Shown: positions 25,997 to 38,768 of the stretch, piece after piece | Numbering within the stretch: position 1 is the stretch's first letter | Layout: every line of letters begins with the position of its first letter | Assembly: GCF_018350175.1 (NCBI RefSeq) | Contig: NC_058374.1 | Span: 48,608,001 to 48,672,000, forward strand | From: Felis catus | Lineage: Eukaryota | Length of the DNA stretch: 64,000 nucleotides | Direction: 5' to 3' | The notes under the pieces: generated by a model | Databases searched by the model: none | Told to the model about the DNA's origin: nothing | Seen by the model: the letters and a program-made list of their open reading frames with translations, nothing else | Position numbers and translations under genes: made by a program

Positions 25997-26204
25997 TTTT
26001 TTAAAAAAGTCTATTGATTTATTTTGAGAGAGTAAGAGTGCAAGTGTGGGAGGAGCAGAGAGAAAGGAAGAGAAAGAATCCCAAGCAGACTCCATGCTGC
26101 CAGTACAGAGCTGGACGCAGGACTCGAACCCACAATTCTTGAGATCATGACCTGGGCCTAAATCAAGAGTTAGACCCTCAACCAATGGAGCCATCCAGGT
26201 GCCC
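25997..26204 (-). mobile_element. CanSINE (older)
   Basis: Diverged SINE body; flanking aaattcattttt repeats. Confidence 0.85.
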
Positions 26205-27972
26205 TAGTCAGAAATTCATTTTTATATTTGATTCAGATCCGGCACACCCATGTGTTACACAAATTGCCACAAAACTGTACTTAGAAAATATCTCAAGTTC
26301 AATTAAAGAAATGGCTGAGGGTTTATTAAATACTCCCCAAACACACCATTGGGTTGCAAACTGCACTTCAATAACCACGAATCTGGACTTTGATTTCTCT
26401 TTTATCTTCTTGAAATTTTCCCTTAAACTTGTTTCTTTTTTTGGCTCTGAGTTTTCAGATATTATCATGAAGTGAAAACTACAGTTTCTGACTTTGAATT
26501 CAGAAGATCATCAACTACATTGCTATTCAGATATTTAGGTGAGAGGAGTCGTTCTTACCCTGAAAAAGCATAAAATATCTCTAGCATCTATCCTATGCCA
26601 TTATCTGAAGGCATGGCTTCCAGAAAAGGTGTGTGGTCCTATGTATGTAAAGATAAACAAATGGAGAGATGAGTCTGCCTTCTGGGTGGGAGGGTGAATA
26701 CTTCCAAGTGGTCAGTTTCTTCCCAGTTAATTCACTGTGTTAGCACAACTTGATGAATGAATCATAAAGTAACAATTAATCAGGATGTTGTTTACCTGAG
26801 GAGAATATGTACCAGATCCCACACAGATACAGAGGACTCCATTTTCTCTTTCTTTTCTCCCAAGGGTTTAAACAAAACTAAATAGGTGAGGTTTCCTATT
26901 TTTCCAGGAAAAGTAATGATGGGAATTTTTCCTCCCTCAGTATTAAAACATTATGAAAACAATCAGTATTGTACGGGTATAAGAATAGATGAACTCCTAG
27001 AACAAAACAGTTCTGAAAACAGATCCTTTTATATATTTGATAAATAATAAACAGAATCTCAGGTTGATAGTAATTGAAATTATTATTCTGTGAATGTTCC
27101 TGGCATAATAGACTAGTTTGGGGGGTTAAAAATTAATTTTAAAAAGTTAATGTAATATATGTAAAAAATTATAAAGTAGCTAGAAGAAAATGGATAATTT
27201 TCAGATGTTTATATGGAGGAGGACTTTATACACTTAAAGCCAAAGTAAAAAGTTACACAAAAATTTGATTAACAAGGATGACCATGTAAAAAGAACTAAA
27301 AGAAAACTGGGAAACGTGCAAGAAAAACGAAGTGTGAATTTTCAAAGAGTGTTGTAATAAATAAGAAAAACAGTAGTAATCTAATAGCTAAATGAGCAAA
27401 CAACTTTAAACAGGACAGTAAAAGAATAGTAGCTAATTAATTGATGAAAAAACTTAAATCTTAACCTGAAAGACAGTATTTCAATTATATTTTCTTTCTT
27501 TTATATACCCAAGGCGTTACACCTGCACTTTTATACCCTTCTTCCCAGTTTCCAGATATCAAGCTATAATTTTGTGCCAGTAACAATTTTGAATAAGAGA
27601 CACCATGACTTGCTCAGAATTGTTTTTCAAATCTAATCAAAAATGACTTTTATTTTTTCTGAGTTGGGCTTACCTTTCTAGCTCCTTTTCTCTTGGGGAA
27701 GGGTGTTGAAAAGTTTCCTCTGGTACTGAATAAGTTCAAGATTATTTTTATCCCAACAGTGAGGTAAACACTAGAGAATTAGGTGGAGGAGAGGTAGGGT
27801 TTTAAGGTGAAACTAATGAATTATTTTTGGACACGTGAAATTTGAAGCTGGTGAAGGAAGCAGTTTAATAATTCAGTAACAATTTATCTAATGGACTAGT
27901 ACCTTACTATGTCTAAGAAAGCATGCTAGGCTCTATAAAGCACACAAAAATGAAAAAGTACATGGTCCCTGC

Positions 27973-28220
27973 TTTTTTTTTTTATTTTTTATTTTTATTT
28001 AAAAAAAATTTTTTTTTCAACGTTTATTTATTTTTGCGACAGAGAGAGACAGAGCATGAATGGGGGAGGGGCAGAGAGAGAGGGAGACACAGAATCAGAA
28101 ACAGGCTCCAGGCTCCGAGCCATCAGCCCAGAGCCTGACGCGGGGCTCGAACTCACGGACCGCGAGATCGTGACCTGGCTGAAGTCGGACGCTCAACCGA
28201 CTGCGCCACCCAGGCGCCCC
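27973..28220 (-). mobile_element. Young CanSINE (SINEC_Fc type)
   Basis: CpG-rich near-consensus body; TSD atggtccctgctttt. Confidence 0.95.
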
Positions 28221-28339
28221 ATGGTCCCTGCTTTTATGGCATTTCCAATCTAGTTAGGTAGTTAAGACATTTAAAAGTACACGTGGAGTTGAAAGTAATG
28301 TGTCATTTGAAATTATAGGCTTGGTGCTTGACTTGTGCA

Positions 28340-28850
28340 CATTCAAATTTTATTTTATTTTAATTTTTTTTACCAGTTTCTACAAATTATTTATTATATT
28401 TTTTTAAATTTCTATTCTATTCTAAATATTTATTGTCAAGTTAGCTAACATACAGTGTGCTCTTATTTCAGGAGTAGGTTCCCATGATTCATCACTTACA
28501 TGCAACCAGTGCTCATCCCAACAAGTGCCCTCCTCAATGCCCATCACCATTTTCCCCTCCCCTCACCCCCCCATCGACCCTCAGTTTGTTCTCTGTATCT
28601 AAGAGTCTCCTATGGTTTGCCTCCCTCTCTGTTTGAAACTATTTTTTCCCCTTCCCTTCCCCCATGGTCTTCTGTTAAGTTTCTCAAGTTCCACATATGA
28701 GTGAAAACATATATCTGTCTTTCTCTGACTGACTTATTTCACTTAGCGTAATACCTTCCAGTTCCATCCACATGGCTGCCAATGGCAGGATTTCATTGTT
28801 TCTCACTGCCAAGTAGTATTCCATTGTGTATATAAACCACATCTTCTTTA
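28340..28850 (-). mobile_element. Carnivore L1 3' end (5'-truncated)
   Basis: Antisense L1 3' UTR and ORF2 end (ORF track MWFIYTMEYYLAVRNNEILP...). Confidence 0.9.
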
Positions 28851-29139
28851 TCACATTCAAATTTTGAACAACCCACAGGTTAATATATATTAACACTGGG
28901 GCCATATGGAAATATTCAGTCATCTAGGGAAGGTTAACAATTTGTACACTTTAAAGCTGTTACTCTTAAATAAGTGTTTGATATTTAGAGGAGAGGTTGC
29001 AAACCACATGGAAAAACAGCTGACAATATGCAGCATTTCTACTATTGCCCATGACAATTTAGCTTCGACTCTCAAATTGCTTACTTCACTCAGCAAAACA
29101 AAAGCCTTGCAATTAGTTGGAGCCACTCTTCTTCTTCTT

Positions 29140-29347
29140 CTTTTTTAAATCTTTATTTATTTTTGAGAGAGACAGAGCGAGACCGGGGGAGGGTCAGAGA
29201 GAGAGAGGGAGACACAGAATCTGAAGCAGGCTCCAGGCTCTGAGCTGTCAGCACAGAGCCTGATGCAGGGCTCGAACTCACAGACCATGAGATCATGACC
29301 TGAGATGAAGTCAGACACTTAATCGACAGAGCCATCCGGGTGCCTCG
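29140..29347 (-). mobile_element. CanSINE
   Basis: SINE body; ggagccac flanks. Confidence 0.9.
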
Positions 29348-29467
29348 GAGCCACCCTTCTTGAAGATCATAGTGTTACTTGGGCATGCCTCAAGTGATGT
29401 CTTACCAACAATACACTTCACTTACCTAAGAAGAGTTCTGGGTCGTATACTTCTTCCTATCTTTATT

Positions 29468-29633
29468 NNNNNNNNNNNNNNNNNNNNNNNNNNNNNNNNN
29501 NNNNNNNNNNNNNNNNNNNNNNNNNNNNNNNNNNNNNNNNNNNNNNNNNNNNNNNNNNNNNNNNNNNNNNNNNNNNNNNNNNNNNNNNNNNNNNNNNNNN
29601 NNNNNNNNNNNNNNNNNNNNNNNNNNNNNNNNN
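29468..29633. other. Assembly gap (166 N) abutting a young SINE
   Basis: N run. Confidence 1.
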
Positions 29634-29990
29634 ACGGGGGAGGGGCAGAGAGAGAGGGAGACACAGCATCGGAAACAGGCTCCAGGCTCCGAGCCATCAG
29701 CCCAGAGCCCGACGCGGGGCTCGAACTCACGGACCGCGAGATCGTGACCTGGCTGAAGTCGGACGCTTAACTGACTGCGCCACCCAGGCGCCCCTTAACG
29801 TTTATTTTTGAGATGGAGAGAGAGCACGCAAGTGGGGGAGAGACAGAGAAGAGAGCAAGACAGAAGATCTGAAACGCCTCTGCACTGGCAGCACAGAGCC
29901 CGATGTGGGGCTCAAACTCACGAATCATGCGTGAGATGATGACCTGAGCCAAAGTGGGACACTCAACCGTCTTAGCCACCCGGGCGCCCC
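29634..29990 (-). mobile_element. Two tandem CanSINEs
   Basis: Young SINE head at about 29794 abutting the tail of a second SINE. Confidence 0.9.
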
Positions 29991-31219
29991 AGGGATGACC
30001 TTTTAAACATTGACTTTAAAATTCAATCTTTCAAAAATCATTTCAAAGTCATTTTATAAAAGACATTTAAAGATTGGCACCTACAGGTAGCTAAGTGGTA
30101 TACACTTCATCCAATTCTTACTTATTACCTGCACCTTTTGTGTGGTAAATGTGAGTTTTACATTATTTGTTATCACATGATAGTGCTCCCTGTCAATGAA
30201 AAGAATTCACTTTATGCAATTAGCATCCACTTCTTAACAGCAGAGTTTGTACTGTTGTTTGAGTTATTTTATTGCTGTGGTTCATGAAATAGGTTCCAAA
30301 GATTCTGGGGCAGCCTGATAGAGAATTGCTGGCCAGCAGGCGGAGCTCGTGGTCTCTGGCATGCCTGTTTTTCCAGAGCCTTTGCTGAAGCAGCTATGAT
30401 TTCTTGTTGCTGTATATGGACTGTGGGTGCATAAAATTTTATTTGATGACAGAGTTCTGTTGCTAAAAGGAAGTTTGGAAATCGCAGGTATTTTTGTCTT
30501 GGGAAATTGGAATGTGAACAAAGACTAGCTTCAGTGGATTCTTACTGAAATTAACCTTGTCAATTTTGTTGAAATGAGAAGTCAACATTCAAGACAGAAG
30601 AGCGTATAAATGGTAGAAATATATTGATTGTATCTAAAAGTTAAGATTTATTTAGTGATACTATACAATTGTTTTAGTTTTTTTCAGGGAAGGAACCACC
30701 TTACAAAGTGAAAATGTATTGATTATCACATGTTCAAATAAAAAATTCTCAGGATACTTTTGTGAATAATAGTAGTTAAATGTCAAGTGTCACAGAAATT
30801 TAAAGAGGGAAATTATATTGAGGTGTTCAGAGGAAGCTTCATGGAGAAACACATGTGATATGTGTTTTGACAGATGGTAGAATTATAATATGAAGAAATT
30901 AAAAGATTTGATAAAAAAGTATTTTAAAATATAAAGTCAATAGCACTGATATATAAGCACTTTAAAATAGGAGAAAAACACCCATTAACCTATCTTAATT
31001 TTTTTTTTTTTTGGTTATTCCTTTCTAAAGTTTGTTTAAAGGTGCAAGTAGTTTACAAAGTTGCAATAACAGTGTAAGTAAAATTGTCATCTTATATTAA
31101 TTTACCTCAACACTTTCCTTTATTTCTAGTTTTATAATCATTATATAAAATATTCCATAAGATATCTATCATAATTTAATAAATATCCAATTGTTTCCCT
31201 ATCATAATATTCTTTAACA

Positions 31220-31430
31220 TTTTTTTTTAATGTTTATTTATTTTTGAGACAGAGAGAGACAACATGAACAGGGGAGGAGCAGAGAGAGAGGGAGACACAG
31301 AATCTGAAGCAGGCTTCAGGCTCTGAGCTGTCAGCACAGAGCCCAATGTGGGGCTTGAACTCACGGACCGTGAGATCATGACCTGAGCCGAAGTCGGATG
31401 CTTAACCGACTGAGCCACCCAGGCACCCCC
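31220..31430 (-). mobile_element. CanSINE
   Basis: TSD atcataatattct. Confidence 0.93.
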
Positions 31431-32194
31431 CCCATCATAATATTCTAATGGACATTTTAATACACAGGTTTTTTTCCCCTTTTCAATTATCTGGATTATT
31501 TCCTCAGGATAATTTCCAGAAAATTCTATAATCCATGGGAAATAAAGTTTTTATTGCTTTTGATAAGTATTGCCAATTGCACTCCAAAAACTTTTACACT
31601 ACCATCAAAAATAAATTTTTACAGCAGGACACTGTGTATGTTTCAAAGTCAAAGATGGTTCTGTTAAACATTGTTAATTTGGGGAGCATGCAGTTAAATT
31701 TCAAAAAGTTTTTGCTTTTGTAGAAATACATAGTGAATATGTTAATGATAAAACGATATGCTTGATCTCTGAGATTTGCTTCAAAATAATCTGGAAGGGA
31801 GAGTGGAGTAGGGTTACAGAGGATATAAAATCAACCTTGTTTTGATAATTTTTGAAGCTACATTATGGGTAAATGGGAGTTTATTTTTTTATTATCTCCA
31901 CTTCTGTGTATGTTTGAACTTTTTCCACAATAACAATTAAAGAAAAAGATAACTTCTCAGCCTCTAATGTTTAGTCATTTGTGCTCTCTGAGGTTTTACA
32001 TTTCTCTAGGCTGTTACTTTTCCTCACTATCCATTTTGGGTCCGGCGATCATACAAGTTTCACTTATTTGGGAACATGGGAAGAGGGTATAGGTGAAGCC
32101 CGAAGCTTTTCAGGAGAAAATAACAGCTATTAACTCGTTCTGGGCCTCCTTCTATAAATCAAAACCATGGCCTTTAACTGAAAAAACAAAATCA

Positions 32195-32412
32195 GGGGTG
32201 CTTGGGTGTCTCAGTTGGTTAAGAGTACAACTTTGGCTTAGGTCATGATCTCACAGTTCATGAGTTCAAGCCCTGCATCGGGCTCTGTGCTGACCGCTCA
32301 GAGCCTGGAGCCTGCTTCAGATTCTGTGTCTTACTCTCTGCCCCTCCCCGGCTCATGCTCTGTCTCTCTCTCAAAGATAAACAAACATTAAAAACAACAA
32401 CAACAACAAAAA
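32195..32412 (+). mobile_element. CanSINE
   Basis: Head, CT tract, (AAC)n tail. Confidence 0.92.
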
Positions 32413-33060
32413 TAAGAAGCTGATCATGGTGTCATGACACTGTTTCCCATGTGAGTTCTTCTAAAAAATATTTCTGACTAGGGAGAGGAGTATCAAGGAC
32501 TTATCAAATGCTCAGGTGAGAATCTTCTACTTATGTGCCTTAAGGAATTAAAAAAATTAGTAGACAATGTTTCTTGCCCTCAAGAAGATGACAGTCAATT
32601 TGGAGATACACAGCAAATGCTAATGATATTTAAATGTAACATGAAGGAGCAGAAGCAGTATAAATTAAGTAGTAGTAGATTATACGTTTCTTCTTTTACA
32701 GATTCTCAGTGCTTATATTGGTGTTAAAGACAAGAGGAAATGTTACAGTCCATGTAAACAGTACACATTCACATAGGTATCATTTCTTCTTTAATCCTAA
32801 TAGTGATGTCTTTACTGCTTTATCTTCCCCTCTGATTTAATCAGTCCTATGAGCTGTTACTTTTTTTTTTTTTTTAATCTGGTGTCTTCAGAGAAATAAT
32901 CACAAGGAAGCTGACATCAGATCCTCTTAAAACAAAGTTGTTTTGTGACTATATTATATTTATGGCTAGGATTCAAGACTGACATGTTGTTTAAGGAACC
33001 CTTTAATCCGGAGAAACAGAATATCATATCAATACTAGTAGAAATATCCATATTGCTTAC

Positions 33061-33160
33061 CTTGCTGTGTTCCTGAGTTCAGTAGCCCCAGCTTGTTTAG
33101 GAGTATTGCTGAAGGGCTTTTTCATCTGGTTTCATCCGGATGTTTCCGTGGAATGTGATG
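33061..33160 (-). other. SMCO3: Probable SMCO3 non-coding exon 1
   Basis: Strong donor AAG|gtaagc at 33061/33060 in unique sequence; TATA-like ctataa motifs upstream (about 33165, 33210). Confidence 0.5.
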
Positions 33161-33668
33161 ACTTATAGCCTTTGCTAGTCTCTGCTGGGTCCCTCTGCCT
33201 GTCTGGTTTATAGACAATTTCTGCATTCTTTGTTCTCAGAATTCTTCTATTTCCTGTGTAATATAAAGTCAGTGTATGTTAAGTAACATAATTAGAAAGA
33301 CTAGTAAAGTAGTGAGCCATTTAATTTTCTGTTCTTGAATGGACTTCATTGTTGAAGGGCTGTACAACTGAACTAATTTCATTCAGCAGAGAAGATGACT
33401 CTGATCGCAGCTCTCAGATTCTGGGATTCTGTCCTGTCTGCTATTCCAGACATCAAGTTTCCTTTAGCTTCTGTTGCATTTATATTTCCATCTGTTGCTG
33501 GTGGCTTTGGGTTCTCAAGAGATGTAAATCCAGATACCTGCAGCCAAATGTGATTTGTGTGTAGAAGTTCTGCTCTTTATCACTGTCTCTCATTGCGTTG
33601 GTGAATGTCTTGACAACAGAAAAGCCCGAAAGACCAACCTGACTCCTTTCCCTTAAAGCTTAGATCAT

Positions 33669-34104
33669 GGGGTGTCTGGGTAACTCAGGCCATTAAGCAT
33701 CTGACTTTAAAAAAATGTTTGTTTATATTTGAGAGAGAGACAGACAGACAGACAGATGGAGTGTGAGTGGGGCAGAAAGAGACAGAGACAGAATCTGAAG
33801 TAGGCTTCAGGCTCTGTGCAGGCTCTGAGCTGTCAGCACAGAGCCTTACACAGGGCTTGAACTCACGAGTGGTGAGATCATGACCTGAAGTCAGGCGCTT
33901 AACCGACTGAGCTACCCATGCACCCCAGTGTCTGACTATTGATTTCAGCTCAGGTCATGATCTCATGGTGACAAGAGATTGAGCTCTGCACGGGGCTCTG
34001 AGCTGAGTGTGGAGTCTGCCTAAGATTCTCTCTTTCCCTCTCCCTATGCCCCTCCCCCACTCATGTGTGTGCTCTCTCTCTCTCTCTCATTAAAAAAAAA
34101 AAAA
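33669..34104 (+). mobile_element. CanSINE interrupted by an oppositely oriented CanSINE (33706-33926)
   Basis: Outer head 33669-33705 resumes at about 33930; duplicated tctgact. Confidence 0.85.
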
Positions 34105-34436
34105 TGCTTTGATCAGAGTCTTCTATGCTTCTTCATCTAGATTCTGCCCTAATACCCACTGGTTCCTCTACAGCCGGCAGGGACACCTCAGACGCAGGAA
34201 AATCAGTCAGTCCCCATATAACTTAATGGAAAAAACACAGGCTTAGAATTGGACCGTCCTGATTTTGTGTACCCCAAGTATCACTTCCTAGCTATGTAGC
34301 CCTGGGAAAGTTACTTAATCTAATTTTTTCTCATCAGTGTGATTTGAGTATTAGTTTGTAATTTATGGGTTGTCATTATGTATTGAGTGAGATAATGCAT
34401 GTATAATATGGCAAAAACTTATTAAATGGTAGCTGT

Positions 34437-34593
34437 TCTTATTATATTATATTATATTATATTATATTATATTATATTATATTAACAACACTAATTATAT
34501 TAACAACACTAATTATTGTTAATTATTAATTGTTAATTAACAATTAATTATAATTGTTAATTATTGTTAATTATTATATTAACAACACTAATT
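34437..34593. repeat. (ATTAT)n plus direct and inverted AT-rich repeats
   Basis: About 9 ATTAT units, three attatattaacaacactaatt copies, perfect 24-bp palindrome 34525-34548. Confidence 0.9.
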
Positions 34594-34824
34594 TCTGTTG
34601 CTATTGAATGGGTAGAGGATATAGAACCAAATCCAACTAGAAAATGTGTAAAATGTAAAGATGCTGCTCTATAGTTTTAAAGAAGGATTAAGTGGGGTGT
34701 TATTTTACTTTTGTCCCAGTGGGTCATTTTGCACTTGACATATCCTAGGGCTTACCATGTACAGGCATGGGGGGAAAAAAGAGAAGAAAGATGTGTAGAC
34801 AGTGTATTGAAAGTAAGTATGGAT

Positions 34825-35049
34825 GGGGCGCCTGGGTGGCGCAGTCGGTTAAGCATCCGACTTCAGCCAGGTCACGATCTCGCGGTCCGTGAGTTCGAGC
34901 CCCGCGTCAGGCTCTGGGCTGATGGCTCAGAGCCTGGAGCCTGCTTCCGATTCTGTGTCTCCCTCTCTCTCTGCGCCTCCCCCATTTATGCTCTGTCTCT
35001 CTCTGTCCCAAAAATAAATAAACGTTGAAAAAAAATTAAAAAAAAAAAA
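34825..35049 (+). mobile_element. Young CanSINE
   Basis: TSD aaagtaagtatggat. Confidence 0.95.
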
Positions 35050-36477
35050 GTAAGTATGGATGGATAAGTACAATTTCAATAGGTGTGGAGGGGGAAGGAG
35101 TGGGAAGAGATAAAGCAGGTGGAGGGAGTACTGTGAACAAAGGAGCTAACAAAGTATTGTAGAGCATTTCCAGGGAACAAAATTAATCCACTAGGCTGGT
35201 GGCACAGGATCTATATGAGAACAGTGAAGGGAAGGCAAGTAGTGAAAAATTGAAAACAGTTTGTAGATGACCTTAAATGCCATTCCGGGAAACTGTATTT
35301 TATTCTCTAGGCAATACTGAATTATTGAAGGTTTTTTATTATGAGATAATATGAGGAGGTTTGGATTTCAGGAAGGTTACTTCGTATAAAGTGCATTAGT
35401 GGGTATAGCCAATAATGTAACTCCAGTGCCTACAGTAACTGGAAAAAACATATTAGCTGAAACACTTAGTGTAAGACAGTAGGGTGTAGAGGGTAACTGT
35501 CTACTTTAAAAAGGACAGCTGTAGCTCCAGACGATTTTTCTGACTTATAACATGGGCTTAGTGCTGCCAGTTAATCTCATTTTTTTTTCAATCATCAATA
35601 GCAATCCAGATTTCTATCTTTCAGTTTTTGAATTTAGCAGTTGATATGCATTTTGAAACTACTTTATGGTGGGTCAAACAAACCACATCTGCTGGTTGGG
35701 CTTTACCTGTGGATTGCTGGTTTGTGACTCCGGGGCCAGTGTTCACAATCCTGTCTTTTTGTATCTCCTCTGGAATTCTACTTGTGAACGTTGTTTAGAG
35801 ACATCAACACTCCTCTCTGAAGCGGAAGAGGAGGAATTGCAGTGAAGGTACAGAAACATTCTGAGGCAAGAGAGACTCTGATGGAGTTTGCATCAGATGG
35901 CCTTGATCTTTGGAGTGTAGCACTCTACCTTCTTGGTCTGCTATTATCCACCTCTCACAGCTATCTGATAGTTACTTTATATATTCTGTCCAGGATTTTT
36001 AGTTGTACTCAATGGGAAAAGATTGGATGGAGTGTGCTTGCTCTATCTTAACTGGAAGCAGAGCCCCTCTATGTAATTTGTAAGACTTATACCATCTTCT
36101 CCACTAGATTGGATAGTTATTGAGGATAATCTCTGAGAATAATGCTACTCCATATATCAGCACATCTAATTGTGGATCTAGCACACAATATTCAATATGA
36201 GACTTAAGTTCATTGAAGCACCCCTACTTTATATATTTATATATAGAAAATATATATTTATATAGAAAATATATATTTTAATTATTTTTGCTGTTTTTTT
36301 TAATTAAAACACAGGATCATTTCTGCTTTATAGCTTGGGTAGCTTTCCTACCCTTGACAGGAGTTACCTCCACATTTAGATTATACTTTCAGTCTCCCTA
36401 TGGTAGACAAATATAATTTTAGTTTTGATTCGGATTACTACTTTGTTTTGCAGTGCTGAAACATTTTTGTTGGAGAC

Positions 36478-37212
36478 ATGTCTTCAGAATCAGAAAAAGA
36501 TAGAGACAGGCTGGTTCAAGCTGCCCAAAAGTTCTTCTTTCATATGCAAGATCTTGCTTCCTTCACTAACATACTTATTGAATTGTTTAACTGCAGTATG
36601 AATACTCAGATCAACCACATGACTGTGAAAGAAGATGATAATATTAAGGATGTCTTTGAACAAATGTTCAAAATTTTAAAGGAGATGCAATCTGTACTGG
36701 AGGCAAAGTATGACCAAATGCAAAAGGAACCTTTATGTTCCCAGATTGCAACAGCTGTTTGTTCCATAGTTGAGAAGAACACCAATGTAAAGGAGTTGCA
36801 TCAGTCAGCTAAAGAAATGTTCAAAAATGTCCACACACCAATCATTGTCTCTGTGCTGAATAGTAGTAACATCCTGGGGAGTTTAGAATCTTCCGTCTCA
36901 TCCTTGATGAAATATCCCATCATGAATCTTCGGTTAAGTGACCTCTATAGAAAAGACACCAAAGAGCAATCAGATGCCACCACATCTGAGAAAAGCACAA
37001 GCCCAGGGCCACCCCAAAGCAGTACAATAGACACCTTGAAGAAGTTGCAGGGTGCGCCGAAAACTGAGCAAACCAAGAATACCATCAAGTCCACTGCAGA
37101 TCAGCTGGAGCAAATTGTCAAAGCTTTGCTACCAATCTTAGAGGTCCTCCAAAAAGTCATAAGCACTATGGAAACCAAGACGCCTGTGCCTAAGAAGACC
37201 AATGACCAGTAG
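36478..37212 (+). CDS. C12orf60: Uncharacterised protein, C12orf60 orthologue, 244 aa
   Basis: Intact ORF MSSESEKDRDRLVQAAQKFFFHMQDL...; acceptor ttttgcag| at 36454, 24 nt before the ATG; synteny. Confidence 0.92.
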   Translation: MSSESEKDRDRLVQAAQKFFFHMQDLASFTNILIELFNCSMNTQINHMTVKEDDNIKDVFEQMFKILKEMQSVLEAKYDQMQKEPLCSQIATAVCSIVEKNTNVKELHQSAKEMFKNVHTPIIVSVLNSSNILGSLESSVSSLMKYPIMNLRLSDLYRKDTKEQSDATTSEKSTSPGPPQSSTIDTLKKLQGAPKTEQTKNTIKSTADQLEQIVKALLPILEVLQKVISTMETKTPVPKKTNDQ

Positions 37213-37364
37213 GAGTGCTCATTTCTGTCAGAGAATCAGTTTGAGTCCTGTGAAATTTTGGAGTATGTTCTAAGACCTTTCATGCTAGAAATGTGTTATG
37301 TTGAGACATAAGTGCAAAGAGTAGTCACCCAACAGACCATTTACCTTGAATTTTGCTTTATTCA

Positions 37365-37370
37365 AATAAA
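37365..37370 (+). terminator. C12orf60: C12orf60 polyadenylation signal
   Basis: AATAAA about 150 nt after the stop. Confidence 0.65.
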
Positions 37371-37526
37371 AATAATCAAAGAAAGCCTGCTTGAAGTGGC
37401 AGTTACTAAAGATAACATTTTGTTCAGAAAATCAAGGTAATGTATTACGTTTGAGGATGTTTCTAAACGTTACCTGTCATCTTAAAACAGTTAAAATAAC
37501 CCCAAACTAATTTCCACCCTTAGTAA

Positions 37527-37744
37527 TTTTTTTTTTAACATTTATTTACCTTTGAGAGACCGAGAGAGACAGAATGTGAGCAGGGGAAGGGACAGAGAGA
37601 GAGGGAGATACAGAATCAGAAGCAGGCTCCAGGCTCTGAGCTGTCAGCACAGAGCCTGACGTGGGGTTCAAACACATGCACCATGAGATCATGACCTGAG
37701 CTGAAGTCGTACACTTAACCAACTGAGCCATCCAAGCACTCCCC
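37527..37744 (-). mobile_element. CanSINE
   Basis: TSD acccttagtaatt. Confidence 0.92.
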
Positions 37745-37976
37745 ACCCTTAGTAATTCTATTTCTAGATACTGCAGTGCGAAATCCAGGTAAATGTCAAC
37801 GTTATCATTAGATAATCTGGCAGAAACTACTGTTGAGACAGGACACGTATAAAATAAACTTCTGCATTTCTGTCCCTTATATACCCATCTCTGGAACATT
37901 AGTGCCTTAACTCTTAGATGCCATCAGTAAATACTTTTGGTATGATTTATCCAGAAGTGATTGATTGATTGATTGA

Positions 37977-38201
37977 TTTTTTAATGTTTATTTTTTATTT
38001 TTGAGAGAGACAGAGACAGAGCACAAGTGGGGGAGGGACAGAGAGAGAGGGAGACACAGAATCCGAAGCAGGCTCCAGGTTCTGAGCTGTTAGCACAGAG
38101 CCCGACACGGAGCTTGAACTCATGAACTATGAGATCATGCTCTCAGCCGAAGATCATGACCTGATCGTGATGCTTAACCTACTGAGCCATCCAGGCGCTC
38201 C
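37977..38201 (-). mobile_element. CanSINE
   Basis: SINE body; ccagaagt flanks; (GATT)n tail. Confidence 0.9.
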
Positions 38202-38552
38202 CAGAAGTAAATAAGAACAATGAAGGAAGAGTAGTTGTTTTCTTGCTTACTTGACTAAGACCAGAGCAAACAATTTATTCTTGTCTGTTTCCTACTGAAG
38301 TTTTGTGATTAGGAACTATTGGAGGTTGAAAATGGAGTCGCTGTAACCTTTCATGAAGACTGAAACACTTGTAGGATTTCTGAGATGTGCTTTTATGGGG
38401 GAAGAAAAGTTAGACAAGTCCCTTTGCCTACCAGAAAGTCTTTGACGCTCATTCAGTGGGAAGAAGCATATGCTTTCAACATTGCCATATTCTACATGAA
38501 CCTAATAAGAACTTCATTGAGAATAAGAAAAGCAATTAGTAACTTGCGTTCT

Positions 38553-38768
38553 TTAAAAAATTTTTTTTAATGTTTTATTTATTTTTGAGAGCAAGAGAGA
38601 GCATGAGCGGGGGAGGGGCAGAGAGCAAGGGAGACACAGGATCCGAAACAGGCTCTAGGCGCTGGGCTGTCAGTGCAGAGCCCGACGCAGGGCTCGAACT
38701 CACGGACCTCGAGATCATGACCTGAGCCGAAGTCCGACGCTTAACCAACTGAGGCACCCAGGCGCCCC
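38553..38768 (-). mobile_element. CanSINE
   Basis: Near-consensus body. Confidence 0.92.

Noticed and set aside
34437-34593. CRISPR-like repeat-spacer array
   Set aside because: Eukaryotic low-complexity repeat; no unique spacers or cas genes
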